DNA of 64,000 nucleotides from Candidatus Woesearchaeota archaeon (GCA_964457955.1 CAYWEY010000004.1:1883-65882), one strand, 5' to 3'; numbered from the stretch's first letter, positions 40,165 through 50,361 are shown. Translations and numbers: made by a program. The notes: generated by a model not told the origin, from the letters alone.

Positions 40165-41415
40165 TCACCAGCAGAGTCCTTCATAATTTTCTGCATTTAT
40201 ATTCATATGCCTTCCGTCTATTACTAATTTGTCTTTATAATCAAGTTTTTTGAATTCATCCCATTCAGTAACTATTAAAACAATATTGCTTTTGTTTATT
40301 ACTTCCTGCCCATTCTTTGAGTACTTTATTCTGTTTCCAAAAACATTCTTAATATTCTTAGTTGCTTTCGGGTCGTAAACTATTATTTCTGCTTTCTCAT
40401 CCAATAATTCTCGTATTATTTTCCTGCTAGGTGCTTCACGAATATCATCTGTTCCGGGTTTGAAACTTAATCCAAGTATTCCAACTTTTTTGTTCCTTAA
40501 ATCCGGATATTTCTTTTTTAATAATTCAACCAACTTATATGGTTGTTCTTCATTGACTCTTATAACTGTTTCCAATAATTCAGGATTCACTTCTAAATCC
40601 TTGCTTCTTGCTATAAGTGCTTTAACATCTTTAGGAAAACAACTCCCGCCAAATCCTGCTCCAGCATTAAGGAATCTTCTTTCAATCCTCTTATCCCTGC
40701 CAACACTATCCATTACGTCATAAACACTGATTCCTAATTTTTTACACATATTCCCGACTTCGTTCGCAAAACTTATTTTTGTAGCCAAGAAACTATTATT
40801 TGCGTATTTTATCATTTCTGCAGTTGTAGGATTCGTCAGTATTATTTCTTCTGCATTGAAGTTTTTGTAAACTTTCTTCAACAATTTTTCTGCATTCTTT
40901 GTTTCGCAACCAAGCACTATCTTATCCGGATTCAAGTAATCACTTACTGCTCTTCCTTCACGCAGGAATTCAGGATTCATACAGAAATCAACATTCTTAT
41001 TTTTTAATCTCGGCTTCACCATATTCATTGTTGTTCCAGGAACAACAGTGCTCTTAACAACTATTATTCTGTACTCTTCATCCCTTATCACATTGTTTAA
41101 TTCCTCGCTCGCTTTCTTAATATAATTAAGTTTTATGCTTCCATCTTTTCTTGAAGGTGTTCCAACACAGATGAAAACTATTTTCGCATCCTTTACTGCT
41201 TTTTTAAGATTTGTTGTTGCTCTGAAACTTTTTTTTCTTAAAACATTTTTCAATAATTCTTCAAGCCCTTCCTCATAAATGGGGCTTTCTCCATTGTTTA
41301 TTTTTTTTACTTTTTCAGGCATTATATCTACGCAAGTAACGTCGTGTTTTTTGCTTGCTAAACAAACACCTATTGTGAGTCCCACGTATCCCGCACCTAT
41401 TACACAAATATTCAT
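40165..41415 (-). CDS. Nucleotide-sugar dehydrogenase (UDP-glucose / UDP-ManNAc dehydrogenase family)
   Basis: NICVIGAGYVGL Rossmann N-terminus and a catalytic GFGGSCFPKD-like segment (GAGFGGSCFPKD). Confidence 0.8.
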   Translation of the reverse strand: MNICVIGAGYVGLTIGVCLASKKHDVTCVDIMPEKVKKINNGESPIYEEGLEELLKNVLRKKSFRATTNLKKAVKDAKIVFICVGTPSRKDGSIKLNYIKKASEELNNVIRDEEYRIIVVKSTVVPGTTMNMVKPRLKNKNVDFCMNPEFLREGRAVSDYLNPDKIVLGCETKNAEKLLKKVYKNFNAEEIILTNPTTAEMIKYANNSFLATKISFANEVGNMCKKLGISVYDVMDSVGRDKRIERRFLNAGAGFGGSCFPKDVKALIARSKDLEVNPELLETVIRVNEEQPYKLVELLKKKYPDLRNKKVGILGLSFKPGTDDIREAPSRKIIRELLDEKAEIIVYDPKATKNIKNVFGNRIKYSKNGQEVINKSNIVLIVTEWDEFKKLDYKDKLVIDGRHMNINAENYEGLCW

Positions 41416-41439
41416 AAATATTTTTTAGAATCGTATTGT

Positions 41440-42327
41440 TTATATTTTTGTTGTTATTACCGGCTCGTCTTCAATTATTATTGTATGCTCAAACTGACTT
41501 ACTATTCCATCACTCTCTTCCTTGAGCAAGGAGTACTCATGGATTATTTTCTTTTTGACAAGTTCTCTTAGTCCGAAGATTATTTCCGATTTACTGAATT
41601 CTTTATGAAGCCATCTTTTTGTGAAAGGCAGTGTTTTATAATTATTAACTATATGCTTGAGTATTTTTCTCGCATTTCCTGAACGAACAGGTCTTGACTT
41701 AACTAAATTATATATCTTCACCTTATTGCTGTTTATTACTCTTCCCTTACCTGTTGTAGCGAAAGGTTCTATAGCAATGACTTGTCCTTTCTCTAATTCT
41801 CTGTTATTTCCATTGTCATAATTGGGGATGAACAGTCCTGAGTGCTGAGTGTACTTTTCTAACCCATGCCCTCCTAAATTAATAATAGGATGATAATCAT
41901 AACTCTTAATCGTTTCACTTATTATCCTGCCTATTTCTCTTATTTTAACTCCCGGCTTTATTATTCCAATACTATTATTTAGTGCTTCTTTGCTGCATTT
42001 TATCAGTTTTTTGTATTTATTCGTTTTTATTTCTTTTGTGAATGCAGAATCTCCTATTGCTCCATTAATTTCTGCTCCTAAATCAACTTTTACAACCATT
42101 CCTTTCCTGAAAACTCTTGCATCCTCATAACTTGCTGTGTCATGCGCAGCGTATTCATTGATACTAATATTTGGTGGGAAAGCCATTCCTGCTCCTTCAT
42201 CTTTTATTCTTTTTTCTATTTCTTCAGCATAATCAAGAATTCTGACTCCTTCTCTTAATTTCTTCTTTGCGTACTCCCTGACTCTTCCTGTTATTCTTCC
42301 TGCTTTAATCCAGTCTTTTTTATTCAT
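41440..42327 (-). CDS. map: Methionine aminopeptidase, type 2 (archaeal)
   Basis: 295 aa with the pita-bread fold and an insertion. Metal-binding D...D...H...E...E pattern. Confidence 0.8.
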   Translation of the reverse strand: MNKKDWIKAGRITGRVREYAKKKLREGVRILDYAEEIEKRIKDEGAGMAFPPNISINEYAAHDTASYEDARVFRKGMVVKVDLGAEINGAIGDSAFTKEIKTNKYKKLIKCSKEALNNSIGIIKPGVKIREIGRIISETIKSYDYHPIINLGGHGLEKYTQHSGLFIPNYDNGNNRELEKGQVIAIEPFATTGKGRVINSNKVKIYNLVKSRPVRSGNARKILKHIVNNYKTLPFTKRWLHKEFSKSEIIFGLRELVKKKIIHEYSLLKEESDGIVSQFEHTIIIEDEPVITTKI

Positions 42328-42371
42328 TAGAGTAAATATTATATTTCAATATTTTATTAAATTATTTACTT

Positions 42372-42620
42372 ATGGATGTGGTGAGAGAGGATAATAATTT
42401 TTATATTGAACTGGGTGAGGACTTAGTTGCAGAAATAATTTGTGAAAAAAAGAATAATAAATTAGTTGTTCTTTCTGTTTTTGTTCCTGAAGATTACCGC
42501 GGGCAGGGTATAGCGACTAAGATGATGGAGGAAGTTGTGAATTATGCTAAGAAGAATAGTTTAGAAATAGTTCCTGAATGCAGTTTTGCCCAAAAATACT
42601 GCGAGGCTTATGAATGCTGA
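42372..42620 (+). CDS. Small GNAT-fold N-acetyltransferase
   Basis: 82 aa with an R/QxxGxG/A-like segment (RGQGIATKMMEEVV). Confidence 0.45.
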   Translation: MDVVREDNNFYIELGEDLVAEIICEKKNNKLVVLSVFVPEDYRGQGIATKMMEEVVNYAKKNSLEIVPECSFAQKYCEAYEC

Positions 42621-43498
42621 ATAATTTTTTTAATCCTGCACACACTACAATCTTCATGCTTTATATTACCGCACTCGCATTTTTTTAATTCTATGCACTC
42701 GTGTTCATCCTTTAAAGGTTTTATTAATTTGTCAAAACCATTAATAATTTTTTTCTTCACAGGATTATCTTTCTCTATCTTGTTTAACTCATTTCTTACT
42801 CTTGCCCTGAAACTAACTCTTGCGTAAGGACAGTCCTTCATAGGTGTTCTGAATCTTTTGCTGATGAAGTAAGTCATCACTTCTTTCTCGCTCAAATTCC
42901 TGAAAGGCTTGATTCTCGGGATGAAGTGCTCTGTCTCCTGCACCCCGCTCTTTACACCTAATCTTATCATCCTGTTATAATCGTTTGTGAAGAAGTTCAT
43001 CATAACTGACTGTGCTTCATCATCCAAATTATGTCCAGTGAGAATGCATTCAACACCTAAATCTTTACTTTTTATATTAAGCAAGTGTCTTCTGAGTATT
43101 CCGCAATAACTGCAAGGATTGCCAGTATTCTTTATCTTATCAGTCATGTTGTCAAGCGTTTCTCCGAATTCTTCTCTGAAACTGAAAACGTAATATTCAA
43201 TATTCCATTCTTCACAGTATTTTCTTAATCTTTCAAGAGTTTGTTCACGATAATTACTTATTCCTTCATCAATACATATTCCTACTATTTTTTTTTCAGG
43301 CAAAATTTTTTTACATAAGTATAATAAAGTAAGACTGTCTTTCCCCCCGCTAACACCAACTCCTATATTGTCATAATCTTTAAGCAAGGGAAGGTTTTTT
43401 CTGAACTCTTCTTCAAACATTTTCTGAAAATGTTCTTTGCATAAAACAACTTCTTGTTTATGATATATTCCCTTATTACTGCATTTACTGCATTTCAT
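42608..43498 (-). CDS. ncsA: PP-loop tRNA 2-thiolation enzyme (NcsA/TtuA/Ctu1 family)
   Basis: SGGKDS PP-loop flanked by N- and C-terminal CxxC...C clusters. 296 aa. Confidence 0.75.
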   Translation of the reverse strand: MKCSKCSNKGIYHKQEVVLCKEHFQKMFEEEFRKNLPLLKDYDNIGVGVSGGKDSLTLLYLCKKILPEKKIVGICIDEGISNYREQTLERLRKYCEEWNIEYYVFSFREEFGETLDNMTDKIKNTGNPCSYCGILRRHLLNIKSKDLGVECILTGHNLDDEAQSVMMNFFTNDYNRMIRLGVKSGVQETEHFIPRIKPFRNLSEKEVMTYFISKRFRTPMKDCPYARVSFRARVRNELNKIEKDNPVKKKIINGFDKLIKPLKDEHECIELKKCECGNIKHEDCSVCRIKKIIQHS

Positions 43499-45026
43499 GA
43501 AAATAATACTCTTTTTTTATAGTTTTAAGTATTTCTCCAAAATTTTTTTATTTAATCTTTTAATTCATTATTCTTTAATGAGAATAAATATTTCCAGAAT
43601 TAAAAGAGGATTCAATAAAATAAGGTTTTTTTTAATTCCTTTATTTCTTATTTATATACTGTTCATAAATAATATGCATTATTTTTATGACTGGGATAGT
43701 CTTGCAGCGTGCATAGATGTTGAAAAATCTTCATTTAAAGTTTTAGGAAGTTTTGAAAAATATCATATGATTATAAAGCCATTAATTTTTATAACTAATT
43801 TCTTAACAGGAGATTCTTTATTATCTTTTAAACTCATAATAATGGTTTCAAACATTTCCGTCTTTTTACTGACAATTTTTTTTATACACAAACTTACAAA
43901 CAACTTAAATTATGCTATACTGGGTGCTTGCGGAATGTTTTCTTTTGGATATGTTTTTCTTTCATTAAGGTATGAGGACAATATATTAAATCACTTGTTC
44001 AATCTTTTTTTCTTGTTATTTTTCTTTAATTCTTTAGGAATCATAAAAATTTTTGAAAAATACAAGCATTTTGTGACAGGATTATTCCTTGGAATAAGCG
44101 TATCTGTTCATCTTAATTCAATTTTATTATATATTTATGTATTTTTTTCTTTGTTTTTATTGCAGAAAAATTTCAAGAATTTTTTAACAATCATTTCTAA
44201 AATAATATTAGGTTCTTTAATCATTATCGGCCCAATCATGTTAATAAATGCTTTTTATTATAATTGGAATAGTTTTTCGGACTTCACAGGTTATTTTACT
44301 TCAAAATATCATGAGTCGGAGAATTGGTTTTTTGCACGGGAAGAAAGAAATATTCTTAATCAATTAAAACTAGTGAATTATGGAATAACTTCTTTGTTTT
44401 TTCAGAGATACCAATTCTTATTATATTCTTTTCCTTTTTTTCTAAGCATAACTCCTTTTCTGAATCTGCTTATTATTTCAATTTTTGGACTTAATGTTTT
44501 TTACTTAAGGAACAAGAAAATTGTTTTGCTTCTGGTTTTATTCTTACTCACTTATTCCGTTAATTCCTTATTTTTGGGGTCTCAAACTTCTGAACGCTGG
44601 CTTTTCTTAATGACTCCTATTGTTTTAATTCTTTCTTATTCTCTTAAGTATAGTAAAGGTTTTCTTAAGAAATATTCAATAATTGTTTTATGTTCTCTTC
44701 CAATAATTGGTTTTATGGGGTTGTACTTTCTTACAAATTTTTCACCTAACCAAAATTTTCTTATTGTTGATAATTCAGAAAGATTTATTGTTGATGATTC
44801 AGTGATTGTTCTTCCTTTCAGGGAAGATTCTGAATTCGGATTATATGCTTCTTATGTTCTTGGAAGTGATAACATAATATTTAGTTATAATAATCCTGAT
44901 TTATTAAATAATATTAATGAAATAAATAAAACAATGTATATTACTAATATGGATAACATAAATTTGTTCAAAACAGTTTATGTTAATAAATTAACAAAAG
45001 ATGTCTCCTTATTCAGAATAAAATAA
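43497..45026 (+). CDS. Polytopic membrane protein (possible GT-C-fold glycosyltransferase)
   Basis: More than 10 TM helices and a DWD motif in the first loop (YFYDWDSL). Family not assigned, and the start is uncertain. Confidence 0.4.
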   Translation: MKIILFFYSFKYFSKIFLFNLLIHYSLMRINISRIKRGFNKIRFFLIPLFLIYILFINNMHYFYDWDSLAACIDVEKSSFKVLGSFEKYHMIIKPLIFITNFLTGDSLLSFKLIIMVSNISVFLLTIFFIHKLTNNLNYAILGACGMFSFGYVFLSLRYEDNILNHLFNLFFLLFFFNSLGIIKIFEKYKHFVTGLFLGISVSVHLNSILLYIYVFFSLFLLQKNFKNFLTIISKIILGSLIIIGPIMLINAFYYNWNSFSDFTGYFTSKYHESENWFFAREERNILNQLKLVNYGITSLFFQRYQFLLYSFPFFLSITPFLNLLIISIFGLNVFYLRNKKIVLLLVLFLLTYSVNSLFLGSQTSERWLFLMTPIVLILSYSLKYSKGFLKKYSIIVLCSLPIIGFMGLYFLTNFSPNQNFLIVDNSERFIVDDSVIVLPFREDSEFGLYASYVLGSDNIIFSYNNPDLLNNINEINKTMYITNMDNINLFKTVYVNKLTKDVSLFRIK

Positions 45027-45047
45027 TGTTCTGCCAAAAATTTTGTT

Positions 45048-46691
45048 TTAACTTTTTCCCAGTTTTTTAATAGTTTCTTTTATTTTATCAATAACTTTAT
45101 TTTCTATGCTTACAGGGTTTATTTTAAAATAGAATCCGGAAATATCAGTGCATTTATACTTAATATTTTGAAGAGTCTCTTTTATTATTGTTGGATGCTC
45201 TTCGGATATTGCTTTATCATATTTTGCTATTAATCCACCAATTGTAATAATAATTTCTTTAATTTCATTATCTTCAAAACCTGTGTCTAATACATAAATG
45301 CTTTCATAGTTGTGCTTTATTATTCCAGGTCTTGTTTTTTTATCAGTTAATACTTTCTTAATTCTTTTCATGGAAGGCATCAAAGGTTTTGTTTTTTCAG
45401 GATGATAATCCCTTACTAATATTTTCATTTCTCTTAAAATATTTATTATGCTTAATTTCTCCCTGAAATAATTTTTAATCATTTTTTCTGTTTCTTCAGA
45501 AACTTCATCACTTTTTAGATGATTTATGATTCTTGTTTTTATTTCGCCCCGAAGGAATTTTTCGCTTTTTTTTATTAGTTCTTTCTTTGTTGATTCATCT
45601 TTTTTAGGGTTTTTTAAGTAACTTGATATTTTTTCAATAAATTCTTTTCCTTTTTCCAAACTTTCTAAAGCTTTTTCTGTTTCATTATTTAATCTTTCAT
45701 TTAGTTTTGCTTTATGTTCCATACGAATTAACTGAGTATCTTTTGCAGAGTCTTTGTATAACTTAATATAATCATTTAATAGTTTCAATCTTATTTTTTT
45801 ATATTTCTTAAAAAAATTTTTTTCATAATGTTGATTGAATTCTTTTTTTTCTTTTTCTTTTATGAAATTAATATAATATTCTGTTAGAAAAACTATGTAT
45901 TTTTTATAAAATTTTTTAACAAGTTTTAAAAATTTTTTTTGATAATTTATTGAAGTATTGTATATTTTTTTAACTGTTCCTTCATCAGTGCTCCAGTACT
46001 CGAGAGTTTTAATAATATCTTTTTTTGTATCAAAATAACTTAAAGGAGTTTTGAATTTAAACCCGAAATTCAAGGAAGGCATCTGGCTTGCCCTTCCACC
46101 TATTGCAAGAGCTTTAACTAATTCTCCTTTTGAAGTCTTTAATTTTTTCATATCCTTCCTGATTTGTTTAATATTGCCTAATTCCCATTCTTTTACTTTT
46201 TCTTCCGGTTTTTTTCTTTCAATACGCAAATCGATAGATGTGAATGTATCTGTGTAAGGTGCTTGCTTTTTTTTAACAGGGAAATTATACAATAAGTGCT
46301 GGTTTATTAGATAAAGATATGACACTAGTCTAAACACACTGGAATAATGAACATAAACCATTGCCAAGTACCATTTTGTTTTTTTGTCATAAGGATCTTT
46401 TTTTAATTCAAGATTAGCGTGCCCTATTTCACCTGATTTCTTAACAACTGTTCGTAAGTATTTTTTTTCTTCCCATTCAATATTTATATCAGGGATTATT
46501 TTTTTGAACTTGTCTAAAACAGGGTCTTCAATGCTTAAACAAAAAAGGCAATTATTAAGAATATGTTTAGGAAAATTGTTTTGAATAAATATTTTCGGAA
46601 GGTTTACTGTTCCCGTAATTTTTCTTTTATCTTTCCAAATATCAATTTCAGGAATTTTTTCTTTCTTAGTTATTTCCGGCGAAATTACCAT
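45048..46691 (-). CDS. Hypothetical Lys-rich protein
   Basis: 547 aa with no motif recognised. Confidence 0.5.
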   Translation of the reverse strand: MVISPEITKKEKIPEIDIWKDKRKITGTVNLPKIFIQNNFPKHILNNCLFCLSIEDPVLDKFKKIIPDINIEWEEKKYLRTVVKKSGEIGHANLELKKDPYDKKTKWYLAMVYVHYSSVFRLVSYLYLINQHLLYNFPVKKKQAPYTDTFTSIDLRIERKKPEEKVKEWELGNIKQIRKDMKKLKTSKGELVKALAIGGRASQMPSLNFGFKFKTPLSYFDTKKDIIKTLEYWSTDEGTVKKIYNTSINYQKKFLKLVKKFYKKYIVFLTEYYINFIKEKEKKEFNQHYEKNFFKKYKKIRLKLLNDYIKLYKDSAKDTQLIRMEHKAKLNERLNNETEKALESLEKGKEFIEKISSYLKNPKKDESTKKELIKKSEKFLRGEIKTRIINHLKSDEVSEETEKMIKNYFREKLSIINILREMKILVRDYHPEKTKPLMPSMKRIKKVLTDKKTRPGIIKHNYESIYVLDTGFEDNEIKEIIITIGGLIAKYDKAISEEHPTIIKETLQNIKYKCTDISGFYFKINPVSIENKVIDKIKETIKKLGKS

Positions 46692-46729
46692 AATATTAAT
46701 ATTTTTTTAATGAATTAAAATTATTTTGT

Positions 46730-47425
46730 TTATTCATCTGTTTCAATAATTCCTTCTTCTTTGAATCTTCCTGCATCTTTTCCATGGGATTTGGTTTTAA
46801 AAAAACCTCCTTTCATTGCAGTGCATAAGTTGTTTTTAACACTTTTTTTAACATAAATCTCTCCTCCTTTCATACCATCTCCTGCGTAATTACCTGCTTT
46901 CCCATTAACTATTATTTTCCCGCCATTCATCCATGCACCCAAGTAATTGCCAGCATCTCCCTGAATTAGTATTGAAGATTTTTTTGTTAAATAAGCTCCT
47001 GCATAATCTTTAACAGAACCATTAACTTTGATGTTGCTTTTTTTTATTCTCCACCCAATCTTGTTTCCAGCGTTTCCTTCTATTTTAAGTTCAGAATCAT
47101 TCATGAATAATCCTGCATAATCACCAACATCACCAACTACTTTCATCTTCCCCTTTAATTCATAACCAACATAATCGATAGGTTCATTATTTGTTAAATC
47201 GATTTCAACATATTCGTCACTACATAATTTATTATTTATTAACGCCATTAAAACTAATCCTGATTTTTTTTCAAAAATCTTATGATTATTGAAGTATTTT
47301 TTAACATCATTTAAATCATAATTTATACTTTCTGCATAGTCTTTCATCTCATTGTATACTCTTCTTGGACTGTTTTCTGTTTTCAATCTTTTAACAAGGG
47401 AATCAAACATAAGATTAAGTATCAA
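46730..47425 (-). CDS. GXGXG-motif beta-helix protein (GltB C-terminal / FwdC-like)
   Basis: Repeated GDxGxYxG units (GDVGDYAG, GNAGNKIG, GSVKDYAG, GDAGNYLG, GKAGNYAG). Confidence 0.55.
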   Translation of the reverse strand: MILNLMFDSLVKRLKTENSPRRVYNEMKDYAESINYDLNDVKKYFNNHKIFEKKSGLVLMALINNKLCSDEYVEIDLTNNEPIDYVGYELKGKMKVVGDVGDYAGLFMNDSELKIEGNAGNKIGWRIKKSNIKVNGSVKDYAGAYLTKKSSILIQGDAGNYLGAWMNGGKIIVNGKAGNYAGDGMKGGEIYVKKSVKNNLCTAMKGGFFKTKSHGKDAGRFKEEGIIETDE

Positions 47426-47541
47426 AAATTCAGACTTATAAACATTACTACTAATGAGTAATAATTTATTTTTTTTTAAGTTGTTGAACTGTCTTTCTGC
47501 TGAAATATTTATTAATCAACAGATTTTAAAAATTATTTGTT

Positions 47542-47949
47542 ATGAAGGTTTTCTGCCTCGGCAATATCCTGCACAGTGATGATGGAGTTGCTGTTCACTT
47601 ACTTCCTGAATTAGAAGAGAAACTCTCGAGTCATGATTTTGTTGAAGCAGGCACGAGCGTGAGCAGCATCAAACTCCCTGATGAAGGAGTTGTTTTTATT
47701 GATGCTGTGTATTCAGAAAAATATAGTGAAGGAAGAGTATTGTTTCTTCATAAAAAAAAAGTTATTGATTTCTTGTCAAGCAAGTCATCGCACGATTTTT
47801 ATCTTAAAGATATTATGCGCGAAGAAGACGTCCTTATTGGAATAATTGTTAAAGACACGAGTTTTGGCGATAAGTTGTCATCATCCCTTTTGTCAAAGAA
47901 GAACAGTATCCTGAAAAGTATTATTAGTTTATTTACCAAAAACTTTTAA
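47542..47949 (+). CDS. HycI/HyaD-family maturation endopeptidase-like
   Basis: CLGNILHSDDGVAVHLL...EAGTS...VVFIDAV matches the GNxxxxDDGxG...AGT...IDA hydrogenase-maturation-protease signature. Confidence 0.5.
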   Translation: MKVFCLGNILHSDDGVAVHLLPELEEKLSSHDFVEAGTSVSSIKLPDEGVVFIDAVYSEKYSEGRVLFLHKKKVIDFLSSKSSHDFYLKDIMREEDVLIGIIVKDTSFGDKLSSSLLSKKNSILKSIISLFTKNF

Positions 47950-47977
47950 AATATCTTTTTTCTTAATTAATTTACTT

Positions 47978-49228
47978 ATGAGTAAGAAATTAAAGAAATA
48001 TTACAATATGAATGCAAGGCCTTTAATTAAGGCTGTTAATAATGACAAATTCAGTGATGAAGAATTAAGAGAATTATTAGAACACGAGAAAAAGAATAAA
48101 GACAGAAAAACAGTGGTTGAAGTAATGGAGAATAAACTGCCGGAAGAAGTTGATGAACTGGAGGAAGCAATTCCTATTGACTGGAAGATTCCTGTTGCTT
48201 TTGTTGCAGGAGTCATAATAACCAGCATTTTCTTCATGTTGTCTGGTGGTTCGGGAGCAACAATACCTCAGAGTGGAAGTCCAACAACAGGTGCAGTAAC
48301 AAGCAGTCCTTTAGTGACACTTACAATATTGAATGATGACGACTGTGCTTTATGCGATGCGAGCTGGGTTTCTCAGAGAGTTGGGATGGATTTTCCTAAC
48401 TTAACTGTTGATTATGTTGATATTAGTTCAAGCAGAGGGCAGGAATTGAAAGAAAATCTTGACATAAATAGTGTTCCTGTAGCTTTTTTTGACGACAGTG
48501 TTGAAGAAGCATCCAACTTCACAAGTTATAGCCAGAATGGCTGGATAGTTCAGGACGGAGAGTACTGGAAGATTAATATGCAGGGAACAAAATTATTGGA
48601 CAGACAACCTACAAGTAAGCCAACAGTGAGTTTATTCGTGATGAGTCAGTGCCCTTACGGGACTATTGCTCAGGAGAATATGGTGCCTGTAATGGAAGCT
48701 TTCGGAGACAGCATAGATTTCGAGATGCATTTCATAGGAAACGTTTTTACTGAAATAGAATGGAATACTATGAGCAGTGAGCAGAAGCAATATTATGAAA
48801 TGTATAATATGTGTGTTGAGAAAGAAAATGGAAAGAAATATTGCAGTCTGCACGGAGAACCAGAACTAATAGGGGATATTGCAGAATTATGTGCTATAGA
48901 ATATTATCCTGATAAAGCACTGGATTATGCATTGAGTTATATTAATAATGAATATGACTGGGAGCAGGCAGTAAGTGACACAGGATTAAGTATGAGTGTT
49001 ATGAGTAATTGCGTGAATGGCAGTGAAGGATTAGAACTTTATGAAGAAGATATTAAACTTGCAGAAGAACTGATGATTGGAAGCAGTCCAACATTCTTTT
49101 ACGACAATACAACCATGAGCAGAGCAAGTCCGGAAATAGCAATATGTACTTTGCATCCTGACTTAAGCGCATGCAGTGATATTTCATCAATAAATACGAA
49201 TACAGAACAGCCGCAGGGAACCTGCTAA
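47978..49228 (+). CDS. Membrane protein: N-terminal SAP/HeH-like 'YYxMNARPLI' module, one TM, two extracytoplasmic thioredoxin-like domains
   Basis: aa 6-53 KKYYNMNARPLIKAVN...ELRELLEHEKKNKDRKTVVEVM. TM at IPVAFVAGVIITSIFFML. Then CALC...VPVAFFDD and SQCPYG...SPTFFYD, i.e. CxxC plus cis-Pro thioredoxin-fold signatures twice. Confidence 0.6.
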   Translation: MSKKLKKYYNMNARPLIKAVNNDKFSDEELRELLEHEKKNKDRKTVVEVMENKLPEEVDELEEAIPIDWKIPVAFVAGVIITSIFFMLSGGSGATIPQSGSPTTGAVTSSPLVTLTILNDDDCALCDASWVSQRVGMDFPNLTVDYVDISSSRGQELKENLDINSVPVAFFDDSVEEASNFTSYSQNGWIVQDGEYWKINMQGTKLLDRQPTSKPTVSLFVMSQCPYGTIAQENMVPVMEAFGDSIDFEMHFIGNVFTEIEWNTMSSEQKQYYEMYNMCVEKENGKKYCSLHGEPELIGDIAELCAIEYYPDKALDYALSYINNEYDWEQAVSDTGLSMSVMSNCVNGSEGLELYEEDIKLAEELMIGSSPTFFYDNTTMSRASPEIAICTLHPDLSACSDISSINTNTEQPQGTC

Positions 49229-49255
49229 AAAAATTTTTTTTATTTTATTTTTTTT

Positions 49256-49441
49256 TTATCCGCCACTAATTACTTTTATCACTCTTACATCATCATTCTG
49301 ATTGAATTCTTCATCCTCCAGAACTATCTCCCCATTCTTAACCACAAGAACTGTTTCTTTGTTAACACCTAATTCATTCAGCAAGTTCTTAACACTATTT
49401 GAATGAATTTTTTTATCTTCACCGAATAGTTTAATATTCAT
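49256..49441 (-). CDS. ThiS/MoaD/SAMP-like ubiquitin-fold sulfur carrier (C-terminal GG)
   Basis: 61 aa ending ...DDVRVIKVISGG, the beta-grasp pattern with a diglycine terminus. Confidence 0.55.
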   Translation of the reverse strand: MNIKLFGEDKKIHSNSVKNLLNELGVNKETVLVVKNGEIVLEDEEFNQNDDVRVIKVISGG

Positions 49442-50361
49442 TTTGCAAAATTAGGGATTACTTGAGTCTTCCTGCTCATTATTCCTTTAATATAAATACT
49501 ATTATTCTCTAGTTCTACATTGAAAGCTTCTTCGAATAATTTTTTCTCCGGACCAACAACTATTAATTCACTTCCTTCCTTAATCAAGTCAGTCACCATA
49601 TTAATGAATATGTCATAACCTTCTTTTTCTGCAGTCTTCTTCATCTCTTTTATTAATTCATTTTTCTTCTCTTTCAGAAACTTTTCCACACCCATCAGTT
49701 TTATCTGATTAACCGCGAGTTTAATATCTCCAGGAAGAGAATATTCCTTAAAATCTCCTCTTATTAATTCTTTGATTGTTTTCTCATCTATCTTAGTTTT
49801 TGCTTTAAACATTGCTTCAGCATGTTCTTCAATATCAACATCCGCTATTTCTGCCAGTTTTTTTGCTGTTTTCTTATCAAGTTCTGTTGTTACTGGTGAT
49901 TTGAACATATCCGTATCACTTATTATTGCGCTTAATAATATTCCTGCAATATTCTCAGGCATTTCAAGCCCGTGGTCAAAATAATAATTAGCCACTATAG
50001 TGCTTGAACTCCCTACTGGTTCAGCATGATACCTTATTGGCTTACTTGTGCATATATTACCTATTTTATGGTGGTCTATTATCTCTATCACTTCCGCATC
50101 ATCTCCTCCGCTGACCATCTGCTTCTTCTCGCCGTGATCAACAAGCACTATTCTTTTTCCTTTAGCACTCTTCAACTCTTCAGGACTTGGTGTCTCAAAT
50201 CTTTCCAGAACAAATTTTGTTTCTTCATCAATTCTTCCTGCACGCGCAGGAATGAAGTGTTTATGTCCTTTAAGTTTCTTAAAATTAGCGAGAGCTATTG
50301 CACTCGCAATACTGTCCATATCAGGATGTTTGTGCCCTACTATATAAATAACTTCTTTCAT
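49438..50361 (-). CDS. ppaC: Manganese-dependent inorganic pyrophosphatase (family II, DHH)
   Basis: Near-colinear match to B. subtilis PpaC: IYIVGHKHPDMDS, LVDHGE, IDHHKIG, AEPVG, LLSAIISDTDMFKSPV, KGIMSRKTQVIP. Confidence 0.85.
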   Translation of the reverse strand: MKEVIYIVGHKHPDMDSIASAIALANFKKLKGHKHFIPARAGRIDEETKFVLERFETPSPEELKSAKGKRIVLVDHGEKKQMVSGGDDAEVIEIIDHHKIGNICTSKPIRYHAEPVGSSSTIVANYYFDHGLEMPENIAGILLSAIISDTDMFKSPVTTELDKKTAKKLAEIADVDIEEHAEAMFKAKTKIDEKTIKELIRGDFKEYSLPGDIKLAVNQIKLMGVEKFLKEKKNELIKEMKKTAEKEGYDIFINMVTDLIKEGSELIVVGPEKKLFEEAFNVELENNSIYIKGIMSRKTQVIPNFAK

